A program made the position numbers and the translations under genes. From the human T2T-CHM13v2.0 reference genome, Homo sapiens, in the NCBI RefSeq assembly GCF_009914755.1, contig NC_060931.1: a stretch of 64,000 nt of DNA, one strand, 5' to 3'. The notes beneath the pieces were generated by a model. It was not told where the DNA came from and searched no databases. It saw only the letters and a program-made list of their open reading frames with translations. Below, in pieces: positions 44,261 to 60,900 of the stretch; the stretch's first letter is position 1; the number at the start of each line of letters is the position of its first letter.

Positions 44261-45419
44261 TGTTCCCTGGTGTTAAGAGGTCTCTATGCCTCACCTTCTT
44301 TGGCTGGAGGTGTCCAACTCCCATATGCAGTTTTCATCTCCCCTTTCTGTCTCTCCTGCTTACCAACCAACCTCCAGAACAATTCTTTTTGGCCATAAGT
44401 GACTCTGCTATCCTCTCCCTGCCAAGCCTCCATCACTGATTTCTCAGCTCACACTGATGGATGGCTCACAGGAGTGGGAAGGACATTAGGGTCCACACTG
44501 AGTAGATCTGAGGCACTGATGGCCCTCCTGGACAGGAAGCTCACAAGAGTGGTGAGGCTAAGGCCTAAAACCATGCAATGTCTGGGGCTTCCTATGCTTT
44601 TTTCAACTAAAATAGGCTCTTTTCCAAAAACCTAAGCCACCAGCTCTCCTGTTTTCTCTGTGTGTGTTCTGAAATTGTCTTGCGCACCTGCTGGACAGTG
44701 TACCTCAGAGGCAAGTCTGCCTAACCTAAATATATCCCCTCTAGGATATAAACATTCAAATGTTGATGGAATTAAGGTGAAAGGTTACGTGGAAATTGGA
44801 ATATCTAAACAGGCTTTATGTGAAGTTTTTGTATCTCCTTTACCTGAATCTATTATGGTAATGGATAATGTATTTTAATGAAGAATGTTTCTAATATCTA
44901 GTATTATAAAACAGAAGGCATGTAAACCCACCTTTCTGCCAATATTGATTGGACATGCTAAATAAGAATCAATGAAGTTACCTAAACCCACACATTTGTT
45001 AATTTAAAACAGTTTAGAGTATCTAGATTACCAAAAAAAAAAAAAAAGATTATGGACAAATGGTCTGTTACAATAGCTATGTGTGGAGCATGGCCTGGGA
45101 CTTGGCAAAAGCCTGTAAGCACTATCCAGAGACAACCACTGGGATTTGGAACCACAAAATACCCATTTGAGAGACAATTACTAGCATGCTATTGGATATT
45201 AATTGAAAATGCCCCTATGACTGAAGGACATAAAATAATCCTGAAATCTGAACCACCCATAATGTCTTAAGTAATCTTAAATAAACGCTCTAATGGGAAG
45301 GGCATTGTCCAGAAAAATGCCATAATAAATTGGCAAAGAACTGTTTGTTTTATAAGAGGCAGTTCCAAGGTGAATGTATAGCATTTTGTTTGTAAGGCTA
45401 CCAATCTGATCAAAGAAGG

Positions 45420-45740
45420 TGTGATGGGTAATTTTATCGTCAACATGGTAGGCTGTGGTGCCTAGTTGTTTGGCAGAACACTAGCCTACACGTTGCTGTG
45501 AGGGTATTTTATAGATGTGATTAATACCCATGATCAATTGACCTTAAGTGGTTTACCCACCACAACATGGGTGGGCCTTGTCCAATCAGCTGAAGGTCTT
45601 CATGACAAAAACCTGAGGTTTTCTGGATAAGAAGAAATTCTGTGTTAAGACTACAACATAAACTCTTGCCTGAGTTTCCATTCTGCTGGCCTTTTCTGTG
45701 GATTTCATACTTGCCAGGCTTCACAATAACACCGTATCAC
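45420..45740 (+). mobile_element. MLT2-type LTR (partial)
   Basis: tgtgatgggtaattttat...gggtgggccttgtccaatcagctgaaggtc. Confidence 0.8.
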
Positions 45741-46231
45741 TTGAAATTTCCTTCTTACCTGATGCAGTAGTCCCAGGACTAGGGCTGCAACTGTGGGTAC
45801 AGGAAGCAGAGATGATCCTTAAGTAAGGAAACTGGAACGGTACTTGTTAACACTTATGTCAGAATTACTAGGGCTTAATGGGGTGAACTGTGTATTCATC
45901 TCAATTGGCAAAATTGTGGTTGATAATAAATGTGCTTATATTACCTAGTGGTTGAGGTAACTCATCAGTTCTGTACCTATGTAACCCTACTCTAAATTAC
46001 TAGAAACAAACTGAGTGGGAGGAATTTGCTAGACTAGTATTGCTGACGGCAATCTGGACCAGCACCTTGGCAGAGCCTAATATCCCTTCCAAAAGTAGAA
46101 AAGTTTAGCTATATATGTAGAGAAGGAAGAATTGTAGCTAAGGGCAAGGAAATTAATAAATGGGTCATACAATGACAAAAATCCAGTATTGCATTAATAT
46201 CTTGAAAGAGGCCCAGAGCAAGAGATGATAT

Positions 46232-48592
46232 TTTGAGAAATGAATTTTTTTATTTAAGCTGCTCAGCCCATGGTATTTCTGTTATGGTAACCCAAATGGA
46301 CTAAGACAGAAATTGGTTCCAAGAAGGTGGGTGGGGGCGGGGGGGGGGGCGTGGTGCAGGGTACTATGACAAATACCTAAAAATGTAAAAGCAGATTTGA
46401 AGTTAGGTAATGCATAGAGGCTAAAAGAGTTTTGAGGTGCATGCAAGAAAAAAACCTAACTGCCATGAATGAAATTTTGAAAGCCAATTTGATGAGACCT
46501 CAGATGGCAATGAAGAACACATTATTGGAAACTGGAGCAAAGGCAATCCCTGTTCTGAAGTAATAAACAACTTGCCTGAATTGTGTTCATGTTCTACTGT
46601 TTTATAGACTGTGTCAAAGAATTGTGTTTGCATTCTAGTGTTTGTGCAGTGTAGGCAGAACTTGCAAGCAACAAAATTGGATATCTAGCTGAAGAGATTC
46701 TAAGCAAACTGTTGAAGGTATGGCTTGGCTTCTTCAGACTGCTTATAGTAAAATTTGAGAAGTGAAAATGACTTAAGGATATAACTGTTAAGCAAAGAGG
46801 AAGCAGAACTTATAATTGTGGAAAATTCTCAGCCTATTCACATTGAAAAAACATGAGAAAGAATGTTTTGAAGAGAACATTAAGGGTGTGCTCAACTGAC
46901 TGTTTGATAATATGATAAGTATAGATGCAAACTATGGACTGAATCAACCATCTCAACAAAAGCCAGCAACAGTGATATGAGACTATACCAGAGGAAACAC
47001 TGCCAAGCTGGGTCTAGAGAAAATAGGGAAGTGGGACAAACTTAAGAATACTGTCAGACTTCTCAGACCCTACAGGACCAGGTCATTGAACTAGGCAGCT
47101 GCTGCTATGGTTTGAATGTGTCCCTTACGAAATTCATCTACTGAAACTTAATGGCCAATGTGACAATATTAACAGGCGGTGCCTTTAAGAGGTGATTAGA
47201 TCATAAGGGCTCTTCTTTCATTGATGGAATTAAAGCCTTTATAATAGAAGCTTAACAATGTGTTCAGCCTTCTTTTCCCCTTTTGTCTTTTCCACCATGT
47301 GAGGACACAGTGTTCCTCCCCTCCAGAGGATGCAGCATCAAGATGCCATCTTGGAAGGAGAGACTGGGACCCTCACCAGACACCAAACCTGCCAGTGCCT
47401 TGATCTTGGACTTTCCATCCACCAGAACTGGGAGAAATAATTTTTCGGCCTTTATAAATTACCCAGTTTCTGGTATTTTGTTAAAGCAGCACACACCAAG
47501 ACTGCCACAGAGATGCACTATTCTCAAGCCAAGAGAGGAAAGACCTCCGAGATGATTTGGAAATTATCAGGGCTGCCACTCCCACCACAGGCTCAGAGTG
47601 CACAGGCCCAGGAAGCAAGGCTGCCTCCACCTCAATTTCAAAGACAGAATCAATGCTCACTGGAGCCTGGTGGTTTGACATCCCCACTCATCCCAACAGA
47701 GAACTGTGGCAGGAGCAGGGCCACTGCAGAAAGCCACGATGTGGGCAGTGACCCCAGTGAACTGTGGGAGTGATGCTGCTAGCCCTGAGTGTCTACAAGG
47801 CAGGACCTCTGCTGCTGTGGTCCTGGAGCACAAAGCGTGAGGTCAAAGAGGATTCTCCTTGAGACTTAAGATCGCATGCAGTTTATCTTGCTAGGTTTTG
47901 GATTTGCTTGGGACTTATCGTCTCTTCCTTCTTTCCCATTTCTCCCTTTTGGAATGGGAATGTCTATCCTATGCTTGCCCCATCATTGTATTTTGGAAGA
48001 AAGTATCTTGTTTGGTTTTACAGATTCACACCTAGAGTAGAATTTTACTTCAGGATGAACCATACCTTGAGTATAACTCGTATCTGATTTAGATGATTTT
48101 CAGATGACTCTTTGGACTTGAGACTTTAGAAGTGATGCTGTAATGAGTTGACTTTGAGGCTAGTTGGGATAGAATGGATGTATATTTCATGTGAGAAGAA
48201 CATGAATTTGGGGAAGTCAGGAGTAGAATGCAATGGACTGAATGTTTGTGTTCTCCCAAAATTTATTTATTGAAAACCTAACCCCAGTGAAGTGGTATTA
48301 GGAGTTGGGGCCTTTTGGAGGTGACGAGATCATGAGGGTGGAGCCCTCATGAATGGGGTTAGTGCCCTTATAAAAGGGACCCAGATAGCTCTCTCCCCCT
48401 CTTTCCATCAAGTGTGGACACAGTGAATAGACAGCTGTCAATGAACAAAGGAAGTGGGTTCACCAAACACTGAATCTATCAGTGTCTTGATCTTGAATTT
48501 CCTAGCCTTCAGAACTGTCAGTTATAAATGTTCTTTGTTTAAGCCACCAATCTATGGTATTTCATCAAAGCAGCTCAAACAAACAAAGACAC
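46232..48592 (+). mobile_element. MaLR (MLT1A-type) provirus: 5' LTR remnant, internal region, 3' LTR at 48229-48592
   Basis: ctaagaca|gaaattgg boundary; acaaatacctaaaaatgt and gacactttggact-like internal motifs; terminal MLT1A LTR. Confidence 0.8.
47104..47502 (+). mobile_element. MST-type solo LTR nested in the MaLR internal region
   Basis: tgctatggtttgaatgtgtccc...ccctcaccagacaccaaacctgcc...ttataaattacccagt. Confidence 0.85.
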
Positions 48593-48891
48593 TAACCATC
48601 AGCTAATTTCTATGCCTAAATATTTCTGTACATGTTTATCATAAGATACAAATAACAGTAAAGCAAGGGAAAAAACTATGGAAAATTATGCAGTTTTTTG
48701 TAGGCTTTGTAAAATGGGTTAGTTTTTTCTTTAAGTCTATCCCTACCTCGATAATGGATCCTCGATTGTGAGTCATATTTATACTGATACTATTGCTTTA
48801 TCTGTAATAAATGCTATATTAAATATAAATTCTCAAACATGATTATTTTGTTATAAAATATCTTGGCCAAAGGCCATGGGATTACTTATGT

Positions 48892-49712
48892 TGTAAAGAA
48901 TTTAGATTTGCCCAAAGAGAAGTCTGGCCTTTGCTTCTGGTTTCTGGGAAGTAAACTGTATCAATCCCAATAGGACTATCCTTGTCTGAGTGGGGACTGG
49001 CCTTACTGGATCTTAGAGCAGGACCAGCCACACCCAGTGGTCCTAGGGTGAGAGCTAGCTATGCCAGAAAGACCAGCAATATAACTTAGGGTGGGGCCCT
49101 TGGATCATATAGTTATCAGTCAACGTGGAGGCTGAGATCAATCATGTGGGAAATCAATTAATCAATCCTGCCTACCTAGTGAAGTTGCAGTGAATGCCAA
49201 ACCTTGAGTGAGCTTCTTTGGTTGGCAATACTCCATGCATATTATCACACATCAAGGCTGGGATAGTAACACATCCTGATTTCACAGAGAAAAGGCAATG
49301 GAAGCTTCATGTTTGCAGCTCCACTGGATGCTGCCCTTTGCACCTCTTCTTTTGGTTAATTTTAATCTGTTTTCCTTTCGTGTAATAAACTCTGTAAGTA
49401 TAACAGTTTTCATTGGTTGGGCATGGTGGCTCACACCTCTAATCCCAACGCTTTGGAAGGCTGAAGATTGCTTGAGCCCAGGAGCTTAATGCTGCAGTGA
49501 ACTATGATGACACCACTGAACCCCAGCCTGGGTGAAAGAATAATACCCCATCATTATAAAAAAATAATTTTCAGTCAGTTCTGTGAATCCTTCTAGTGGA
49601 ATATCAAACCTGAGGGTGGTTTTGGGAATACCCTCAGCTTGCAATTGCTGTCAGAAATGAAGGTAATCTTGGGGACTGTGCCTTCTAAGTATATAGTTGG
49701 CCTTAACTCTTT
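48892..49712 (+). mobile_element. Second MER21C-like LTR, with an Alu monomer (FRAM/FAM-like) at 49415-49565
   Basis: Colinear similarity to 42226-42850 (ggatcttag, ggaggctgag, aatactcc, tttaatct, ttgcaattg..gtcagaa). Confidence 0.7.
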
Positions 49713-50070
49713 AGAATCTTTATAGGTTTTTCTTGGAGGGGGTGGTTCCAATATGGCCGAATAGGAACAGCTCCAGTCTACACCTCCCAGCGTGAGCAAC
49801 GCAGAAGACAGATGATTTCTGCATTTCCAACTGAGGTACCGGGTTCATCTCACTGGGGAGTGTCAGACAGTGGGTGCAGGACAGTGATGCAGTGCACCAA
49901 GCTTGAGCCAAAGCAGGGTGAGGCATCGCCTCACCCGGGAAGCACAAGGGGTCAGGGAATTCCCTTTTCTAGCCAAGGAAAGGGGTGACAGATGGCACCT
50001 GGAAAATCGGGTCATTCCCACCCTAATACTGCGCTTTTCCGACGGTCTTAGCAAATGGCACATCAGGAGA

Positions 50071-50187
50071 TTATGTCCCGCACCTGTCGGAGGGTCCTAT
50101 GCCCACGGAGCCTCGCTCATTGCTAGCACAGCAGTCTGAGATCAAACTGCAAGGAGGCAGTGAGGCTGGGGGAGGGGTATCCGCCAT
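50071..50187 (-). pseudogene. L1 antisense ORF0 homolog, frameshifted and ending at 38 aa
   Basis: MADTPPPASLPPCSLISDCCASNERGSVGIGPS matches the ORF0 N-terminus as I recall it; the remainder (RPSEKRSIRVGMTRFSRC) is in another frame. Confidence 0.75.
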
Positions 50188-50762
50188 TGCTGAGGCTTGA
50201 GTAGGTAAAGAAAGCAGACTGGAAGCTCGAACTGGGTGGAGCCCACTGCAGCTCAAGGAGGCCTACCTGCCTCTGTAGACTCCACCTCTGGGGGCAGGGC
50301 ATAGCTGAACAAAAGGCAGCAGAAACCTCTGCAGACTTAAATGTCCCTGTCTGACAGATTGGAAGACAGTAGTGGTTCTCCCAGCATGCAGCTTGAGATG
50401 TGAGAACGGACAGACTACCTCCTCAAGTGGGTCCCTGACCCCCAAGTAGCCTAACTGGGAGGCACCCCCCAGTAGGGGCAGAATGACACCTTACACCGCC
50501 GGGTACCACTCTGAGACAAAACTTCCAGAGGAACGATAAGGCAGCAACATTTGCTGTTCACCAATATTCGCAGTTCTGCAGCCTCTGCTGCTGATACCCA
50601 GGCAAACAGGGTCTAGAGTGGACCTCCGCCAAACTCCAACAGACCTGCAGCTGAGGGTCCTGACTGTTAGAAAGAAAACTAACAAACAGAAAGGACATCC
50701 ACACCAAAACCCCATCTGTCCGTCACCATCATCAAAGACCAAAGGTAGATAAAACCACAAAG

Positions 50763-51776
50763 ATGGGGAAAAAACAGAGCAGAAAAACTGAAAATTCTAA
50801 AAATCAGAGCACCTCTCCTCCTCCAAAGGAATGCAGCTCCTCACCAGCAATGGAACAAAGCTGGATGGAGAATGACTTTGATGAGTTGAGAGAAGAAGGC
50901 TTCAGATGATCAAACTTCTCTGAGCTAAAGGAGGAAGTTCGAATCCATGGCAAAGAAGTTAAAAACCTTGAAAAAAGATTAGATGAATGGCTAACTAGAA
51001 TAACCAATGCAAAGAAGTCCTTAAAGGACCTGATGGAGCTGAAAACCACAGCACAAGAACTACATGATGAAAGCACAAGCCTCAGTAGCCGATTCGATCA
51101 ACTGGAAGAAAGGGTATCAGTGATGGAAGATCAAATCAATTAAATGAAAAGAGAAGAGAAGTTTAGAGAAAAAAGAATAAAAAGAAACAAACAAAGCCTC
51201 CAAGAAATACGGGACTATGTGAAAATACCAAATCTACATCTGATTGGTGTACCTGAAAGTGACAGGGAGAATGGAAACAAGTTGGAAAACACTCTGAAGG
51301 ATATTATCCAGGAGAACTTCCCCAATCTAGCAAGGCAGGCCAACCTTCAGATTCAGGAAATACAGAGAACGCCACAAAGATACTCCTCAAGAAGAGCAAC
51401 TCCAAGACACATAACTGTCAGATTCACCAAAGTTGAAACGAAGGAAAAAATGTTAAGGGCAGCCAGAGAGAAAGGTCGGGTTACCCACAAAGGGAAGCCC
51501 ATCAGATTAACAGCTGACCTCTCGGCAGAAACTCTACAAGCCAGAAGAGAGTGGGGGCCAATATTCAACATTCTTAAACAAAAGAATTTTCAACCCAGAA
51601 TTTCATATACAGCCAAACTAAGCTTCATAAGTGGAGAAATAAAATCCTTTACAGACATGCAAATGCTGAGAGATTTTGTCACCACCAGGCCTGCCTTACA
51701 AGAGCTCCTGAATGAAGCACTAAACATGAAAAGGAACAACTGGTACCAGCCACTGTAAAAACATGCCAAATTGTAA
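50763..51776 (+). pseudogene. L1 ORF1p, disrupted by premature stops
   Basis: ATGGGGAAAAAACAG start; 204-aa open segment with IIQENFPNL, TPRHI, ARREWG, PRISY motifs. Confidence 0.95.
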
Positions 51777-51839
51777 AGACCATCGAGGCTAGGAAGAAAC
51801 TGCATTAAGTAACGAGCAAAATAACCAGCTAACATCATA

Positions 51840-55654
<3,815 letters not shown>

Positions 55655-57264
55655 ACTATGAGAACACTTGGACGCAGGAAGGGGAACATCACATCCCGGG
55701 GCCTGTTGAGGGGTGGGGGAGGGGGGGACGATAGCATTAGGAGATATACCTAATGTAAATGACGAGTTAATGGGTGCAGCACACCAACATGGCACATGTA
55801 TACATATGTAACAAACCTGCACATTCTGCACATGTACCCTAAAACTTAAAGTATAATAAAAAAAAGAATATTTATAGGTTTTTCTTGTTATTTATGAATG
55901 TATAAATGTTTACAATTTTTTTAATGTATGCAATTCTCATATCGCCACATCGTGGATATAATGAAAAAGTATTTTCATTATATTTATAAAACCCAAAGTG
56001 AAAGATCCCACATAGACATTATAGAGTGGTATCTGGACTACATGGACCTTACTTAAAAAGGGGCATAAATATTTTGTTGCCTTAGAGTGGACAAGGCAGT
56101 CTCTCTTAAAGCAAAATTTTGTCTGAGCATACTCCACACCAGTATAGTGAATAATAAAAACCAGAGAGTTCACAGGATGTGCAGCTATGCCTAAGGATAC
56201 TTCACTGTATATTTTCCAGGGTTATGACATTTATCTGTGTGTGTGTGTGTCTGTGTGTGTGTGTATTCAAATCTGGGTCCCTTTTATAAGGGCATCTCTA
56301 CACCAGATATGCTGAATGTGGAGTCCTAAGATCTATTTTTAATGAGTAGCTACAACACATTACTGCAGTGATGGCAATTCTTGGCAAGACTCGGGCAAAT
56401 CTCTTAAGTTTTCTTTGACTTGGTTAATTGGAAAATAACAAATTCTAGGAAGTGCAAGGCAGTAAGGAAAATAAAAGTCTAGGGGGATCAATGAAAGGAG
56501 GGAGCAGACAAGGGGAAAACTAGACTGAAGGAGTATGCAGTAGACATAATGGGCTTTTGTGCTAAGCAGAAGATTTTAGGTTTCATTCTGCAGTTTTGAC
56601 AAGCAATTGAAGAATTTTGAATATGATAGTGTTTTTTTAACCCAATATCTTTAGCTTTTAAGATGCATTCTACAAATCAGTGTCTTATCTAGAAGACCAC
56701 ATTTCTTTTCAACCAAAAAATATGGGTTAAATGAATGAATGTTGCTTCCCAAAACTCAAGGCTTGCTTCATTACCAGAAGATGAAAGGCTAATTATTTGA
56801 CTACAAAGGTATTTGATTTCCTTAATGATAATCACTTCATCATTCCTTCTCTAAGATGAAAAAGAAAATAAAAGATTTTTTTTTCATTCTAATGGACTCA
56901 GGATAATATATCAGAGTCCCAATTTCAACAATTAAAGAGAAACTTTAAAAATCAATGCTAATGAAACCAGACGTAAAAGAAAAAATACATATAAAAAAAG
57001 CATATTTGAATCACAGTTTTTTGAGGTATCAGTCCATAAAATGAGGGAAATGTATTAGATTGTCTTTAAGTCTCCTTTGGCTCTTTAATTGTTTCTGTAA
57101 ATTCTACCCTAGCAAAAAAAAGTGAGAATATGTTCTTGGAATTCATTAATAATTTAATAAAAAGTAAACAATCAGCAGAAGCTAAAATTCACTGGGTTAT
57201 TATATGTTAATTTATACATAATTTCTCTGGAGAGTTGCTTTTGCTTTTTTATATTTCTTCTAAG

Positions 57265-57333
57265 CCAGTTTTCAAACCTTCCTGCAGAGGTGCTTCAGTG
57301 GCAGAGCAGAATGAGTGGATCCCTGAAACCTTG
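57265..57333 (+). other. Candidate 69-nt exon, gene unknown
   Basis: ttgctttttttatatttcttctaag|CCAG...CCTTG|gtaaga; GC-richer than its flanks; two frames open. Confidence 0.35.
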
Positions 57334-57374
57334 GTAAGACATATGTATATTTGGTGATTAATAATTTATCTTAA

Positions 57375-57612
57375 GATAGGAGGATAAGTTCAAAAGCTCT
57401 GTCTTAAAGAATAGTGACTACAGCTAATGTATTGTATTCTTGAGAATTGTTAAGAAGAATTTAACTTCTGGAAGAAAGTTTTCTCACCACGAAAAAAAAA
57501 AAGCAGGTAAGGTAATGTGTATGCTAATTAGCTCCATTTCACAATGTTCAAAACAACATATTTTACATGATAAATATACACAATTTGTATTTGTTAATTA
57601 AAAATAAATAAT
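57375..57612 (+). mobile_element. Short L1MA-type 3' end
   Basis: ttctcaccac...ggtaatgtgtatgctaattagc; TSD atttatcttaa (57364-57374 / 57613-57623). Confidence 0.8.
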
Positions 57613-58652
57613 ATTTATCTTAACAATTCATTAGAATTTGACATTCTATATCATAGAATAATTAGTTGTAATATTTCAACTATGAGACAATAAAATCGAG
57701 ATTTCTGGAAAAGGTGTTCTTTTACTCCTACACTTTCAGACACCCCCCCACTCCCATGCCCAAACACATAGTGCATGCACACACACAGACACACCCACAG
57801 ACACGCCCACAGTGACTTCTGACTCTAAGGTTACTTGTTTTTCAATCTGTTCAGACTTGCTCCTTGATAGTGCGCTTGGCCTAAATGCCTCTGCCAAAGT
57901 GGCTTTGCCCTCCTGTTACTCTAACTATGGTAAGGCTTTTCTCATCTATCCATTAACTTGCTTTTGTAATTATATCATCACACTTCTTTTCTTTGCCTGC
58001 AAGGCTCTGGACACTGATTCCCATCTGTATGGAAGGAGCCCCCATTTTTCCCTTAACACACAGCCCAGATCCTTTATTCTGTTTTTCTTCACCATACACC
58101 CTCACTCCCTCTCACCCTTTTTCTCACTCTTATTGTCTATTCTGTTATCACAGTTCCGTTTTGCGTGACAGTGTCCCATAAAATTCATTGGGTTTAAATC
58201 CTTTGATGATACTTCCTTCTAGTGCTTTCACTGCCCAAACTGTGTGACGGTTTTGTTTTAGGTTTGTTTCACATTTGCACTGGATTCAAAGTCTAGTAAA
58301 TTTTTCACATTGTTTTTCTGGTATTCTGTTTTTCAACCCATTTGAATTATCTGATTAGTGAACAAATTTTATTTAATTAAACCTTTCTAAATCCATCTGG
58401 CATGTGCCTTTGATGGAATAAAAGTTAACAGTGCTAGATATTAGAACACAAGAAACCGTTTGCTTGTGATGGAAATAATGATAAAGTGGGAGATCCATTC
58501 TACATTTAAATGTTATGTTTTCTCGGGTTTTCTAAATTACATTTTTCATGTCTCCAACATAAAAAAAGAGTTCTCTGATATCACCTATGTTTGCATTGAC
58601 TTGGCTTCTTTAGGGTGTTTGGTTGGTTGCTCATTATTTGTTAATATTTTTA

Positions 58653-58892
<240 letters not shown>

Positions 58893-58914
58893 TTATTGTT
58901 TCTTGGGTTTTTGT

Positions 58915-59070
58915 ATGTGTGTGACCTAGGACAAATAAGTTCCCTGAGCCTTAGTTTTCTCATCTGCAAATGACAAATAATATCTATTTCACAGATATTT
59001 TGGGAGAATGAAATCAAAGGCAGTGTGCAAAGCACCAAGTTTACTGGTATTCAATCATTGTTCATTTATT
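58915..59070 (+). mobile_element. MIR
   Basis: tgtgtgacctagg...ctgagccttagttttctcatctgcaaa core. Confidence 0.75.
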
Positions 59071-59797
59071 TCTGCCTTCTTTTTCAATGATTTTTTTCAA
59101 TGTATCAAATGTAGATTCTGTCAATACGCCTTTATCACTATCTTCAAATGACTTTCACAGATAGTTTCATGATTATGTCCATTAATATTTATCCTTTTAA
59201 GTGACTGAAAAAGAGAAAAACACAAGATTTAAAATTAATTTTGAAGATAACAGGGATTTTTTTACACACATAGCTATCAAAGGCCCAGATGTGTACCATA
59301 TGAGTTGATGAAAATGTATATAGGAAGCTGTGATAAAAGCTTTTCGTTTTAGTCTATCATATCCTAAATTCAAGGTTACTCTTATACAGCTGGTATATAT
59401 TAAATATAACATTTTGAGTTATAACAAAAATGGCTGACTTAAAAAGGACGGAAAATTTGAACAGAACATTAGGAATATTTCCTCCTGGGACATGGTAAAG
59501 TTAGGAGAGAAGCTATATGTTTCTAGGGCATCTCTTCAATATGGACAAGATATCAAAATCCAAGAAAAATATTTAGGGGATTATATTTTGCTCTAAGTAT
59601 TGCCTTTTATTTATCTATAGTCTCTTTTAGAACACACACACAAGGGGGACATCTCAAAATGCACACACACAATAAAATAAAAATTATATCACATATACCT
59701 CTATGAGTGCCACTGGAAGAATGTTTGAAATGGCAGAAGAAGAAACTTCAAATAAGAAAGAAATATGGATTAATAAAAAGAGATGAAGGAAAAGTAT

Positions 59798-60350
59798 TGT
59801 GGCAAACACTACTAGTTCCAAATCTATCATCATTTCCCTCTAATATCTCTGCTAAGAGAACCCTACTTTGTCTGTCTTGACAATGGACTTGGCTCCAAGT
59901 GATGAAACATGATCATTTCAAGGAAGCCAATCTTAGAATTTTGCCCCCATTCCCAGCTACTCCTGAGGCATAATTCAGGGCAATGAGACATGAAAGAAAG
60001 TCTGTTGGGGAGCTTTGGCAGAGATTTTCTTTCTTATAAAATGGCACGGAAGTGAACGTGCTAAAACTGCCCCATCCCCCTGTTACTTGCAGTGAGCAGG
60101 TACACAATGCCTGGAGCTTTTGGAACCATCTTGCAAGCATAAGGTCCCAAATATAAGAATCAATACACCAAGGATAGTGGAATTAAAAAATAAAAAATAT
60201 CCAGTGCATTAACAACATATTTAAGCCACTGGGCCAACCCTGAAACCGTATCATCAGGTTTCTTTTTAAGGCACAATAATTATTTTTATGGCTTAAATCA
60301 CTGTTAGTCAACTATTCTATTGCTTAACACAAAATAATTATTAAAGAACA
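59798..60350. mobile_element. Old MLT1-type LTR
   Basis: gaaagtctgttggggagc, cctggagcttttggaaccatcttg, ttatggcttaaatcactgttagtc. Confidence 0.55.
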
Positions 60351-60424
60351 CAAGGGTTTTCTGGTTTGTTTTGGGGTTTGTTATTATAGCTGTTGTTGCT
60401 GCTGCTTTTTGTTTTGCATTTAAC

Positions 60425-60900
60425 AAATAATATGAGAACCGTTGACTGAAAAATGAAAAATTCAGATAGTTCTAACATCCCCAAATTGTAAGCAGCCCAA
60501 ATAGTCATCAATAAGTGAATAAAGACATTATAGTATATCTGTACAATGGAATACTACTTGGGAATAAAAAGGAATGAACTAATGATATGAACAACACAAA
60601 TAAGTCTCAAAATTGTTACGTTAGTGAAAGATGCCAGACACAAAAGATGATAGGAGCCAATTTGTATGAAGCTCTAAAACAGGTAAAACTAACCTGTGGT
60701 AGAATAAATCAAAAGAATGGTTTCCTTTGTATGGTTGTGTGATGGACTGGAAAACAAAGTGCTCTTTCTAGGGTGATATAAAAGTTAAATCTCTTGATGG
60801 AAGTAGGGGTTTCATGAATATATGCATTTGTCAGAACTCACTGAACTTTGTACTTAATATTCTGCAACCCATTTATGTAAATTGTATTTCAATAAAAGTG
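60425..60900 (+). mobile_element. L1MC/ME-type 3' fragment
   Basis: gtacaatggaatactac, aaaggaatgaacta, atgcatttgtcagaactca, tcaataaa. Confidence 0.7.

Larger units (their letters stand above)
42851..46230 (+). mobile_element. Degenerate ERVL-type internal sequence (MER21-int-like) with nested elements
   Basis: Follows the LTR directly; pol RNaseH-like remnant QPLGF...YPFERQLLACYWILIE (ORF 45052-45270). Confidence 0.6.
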
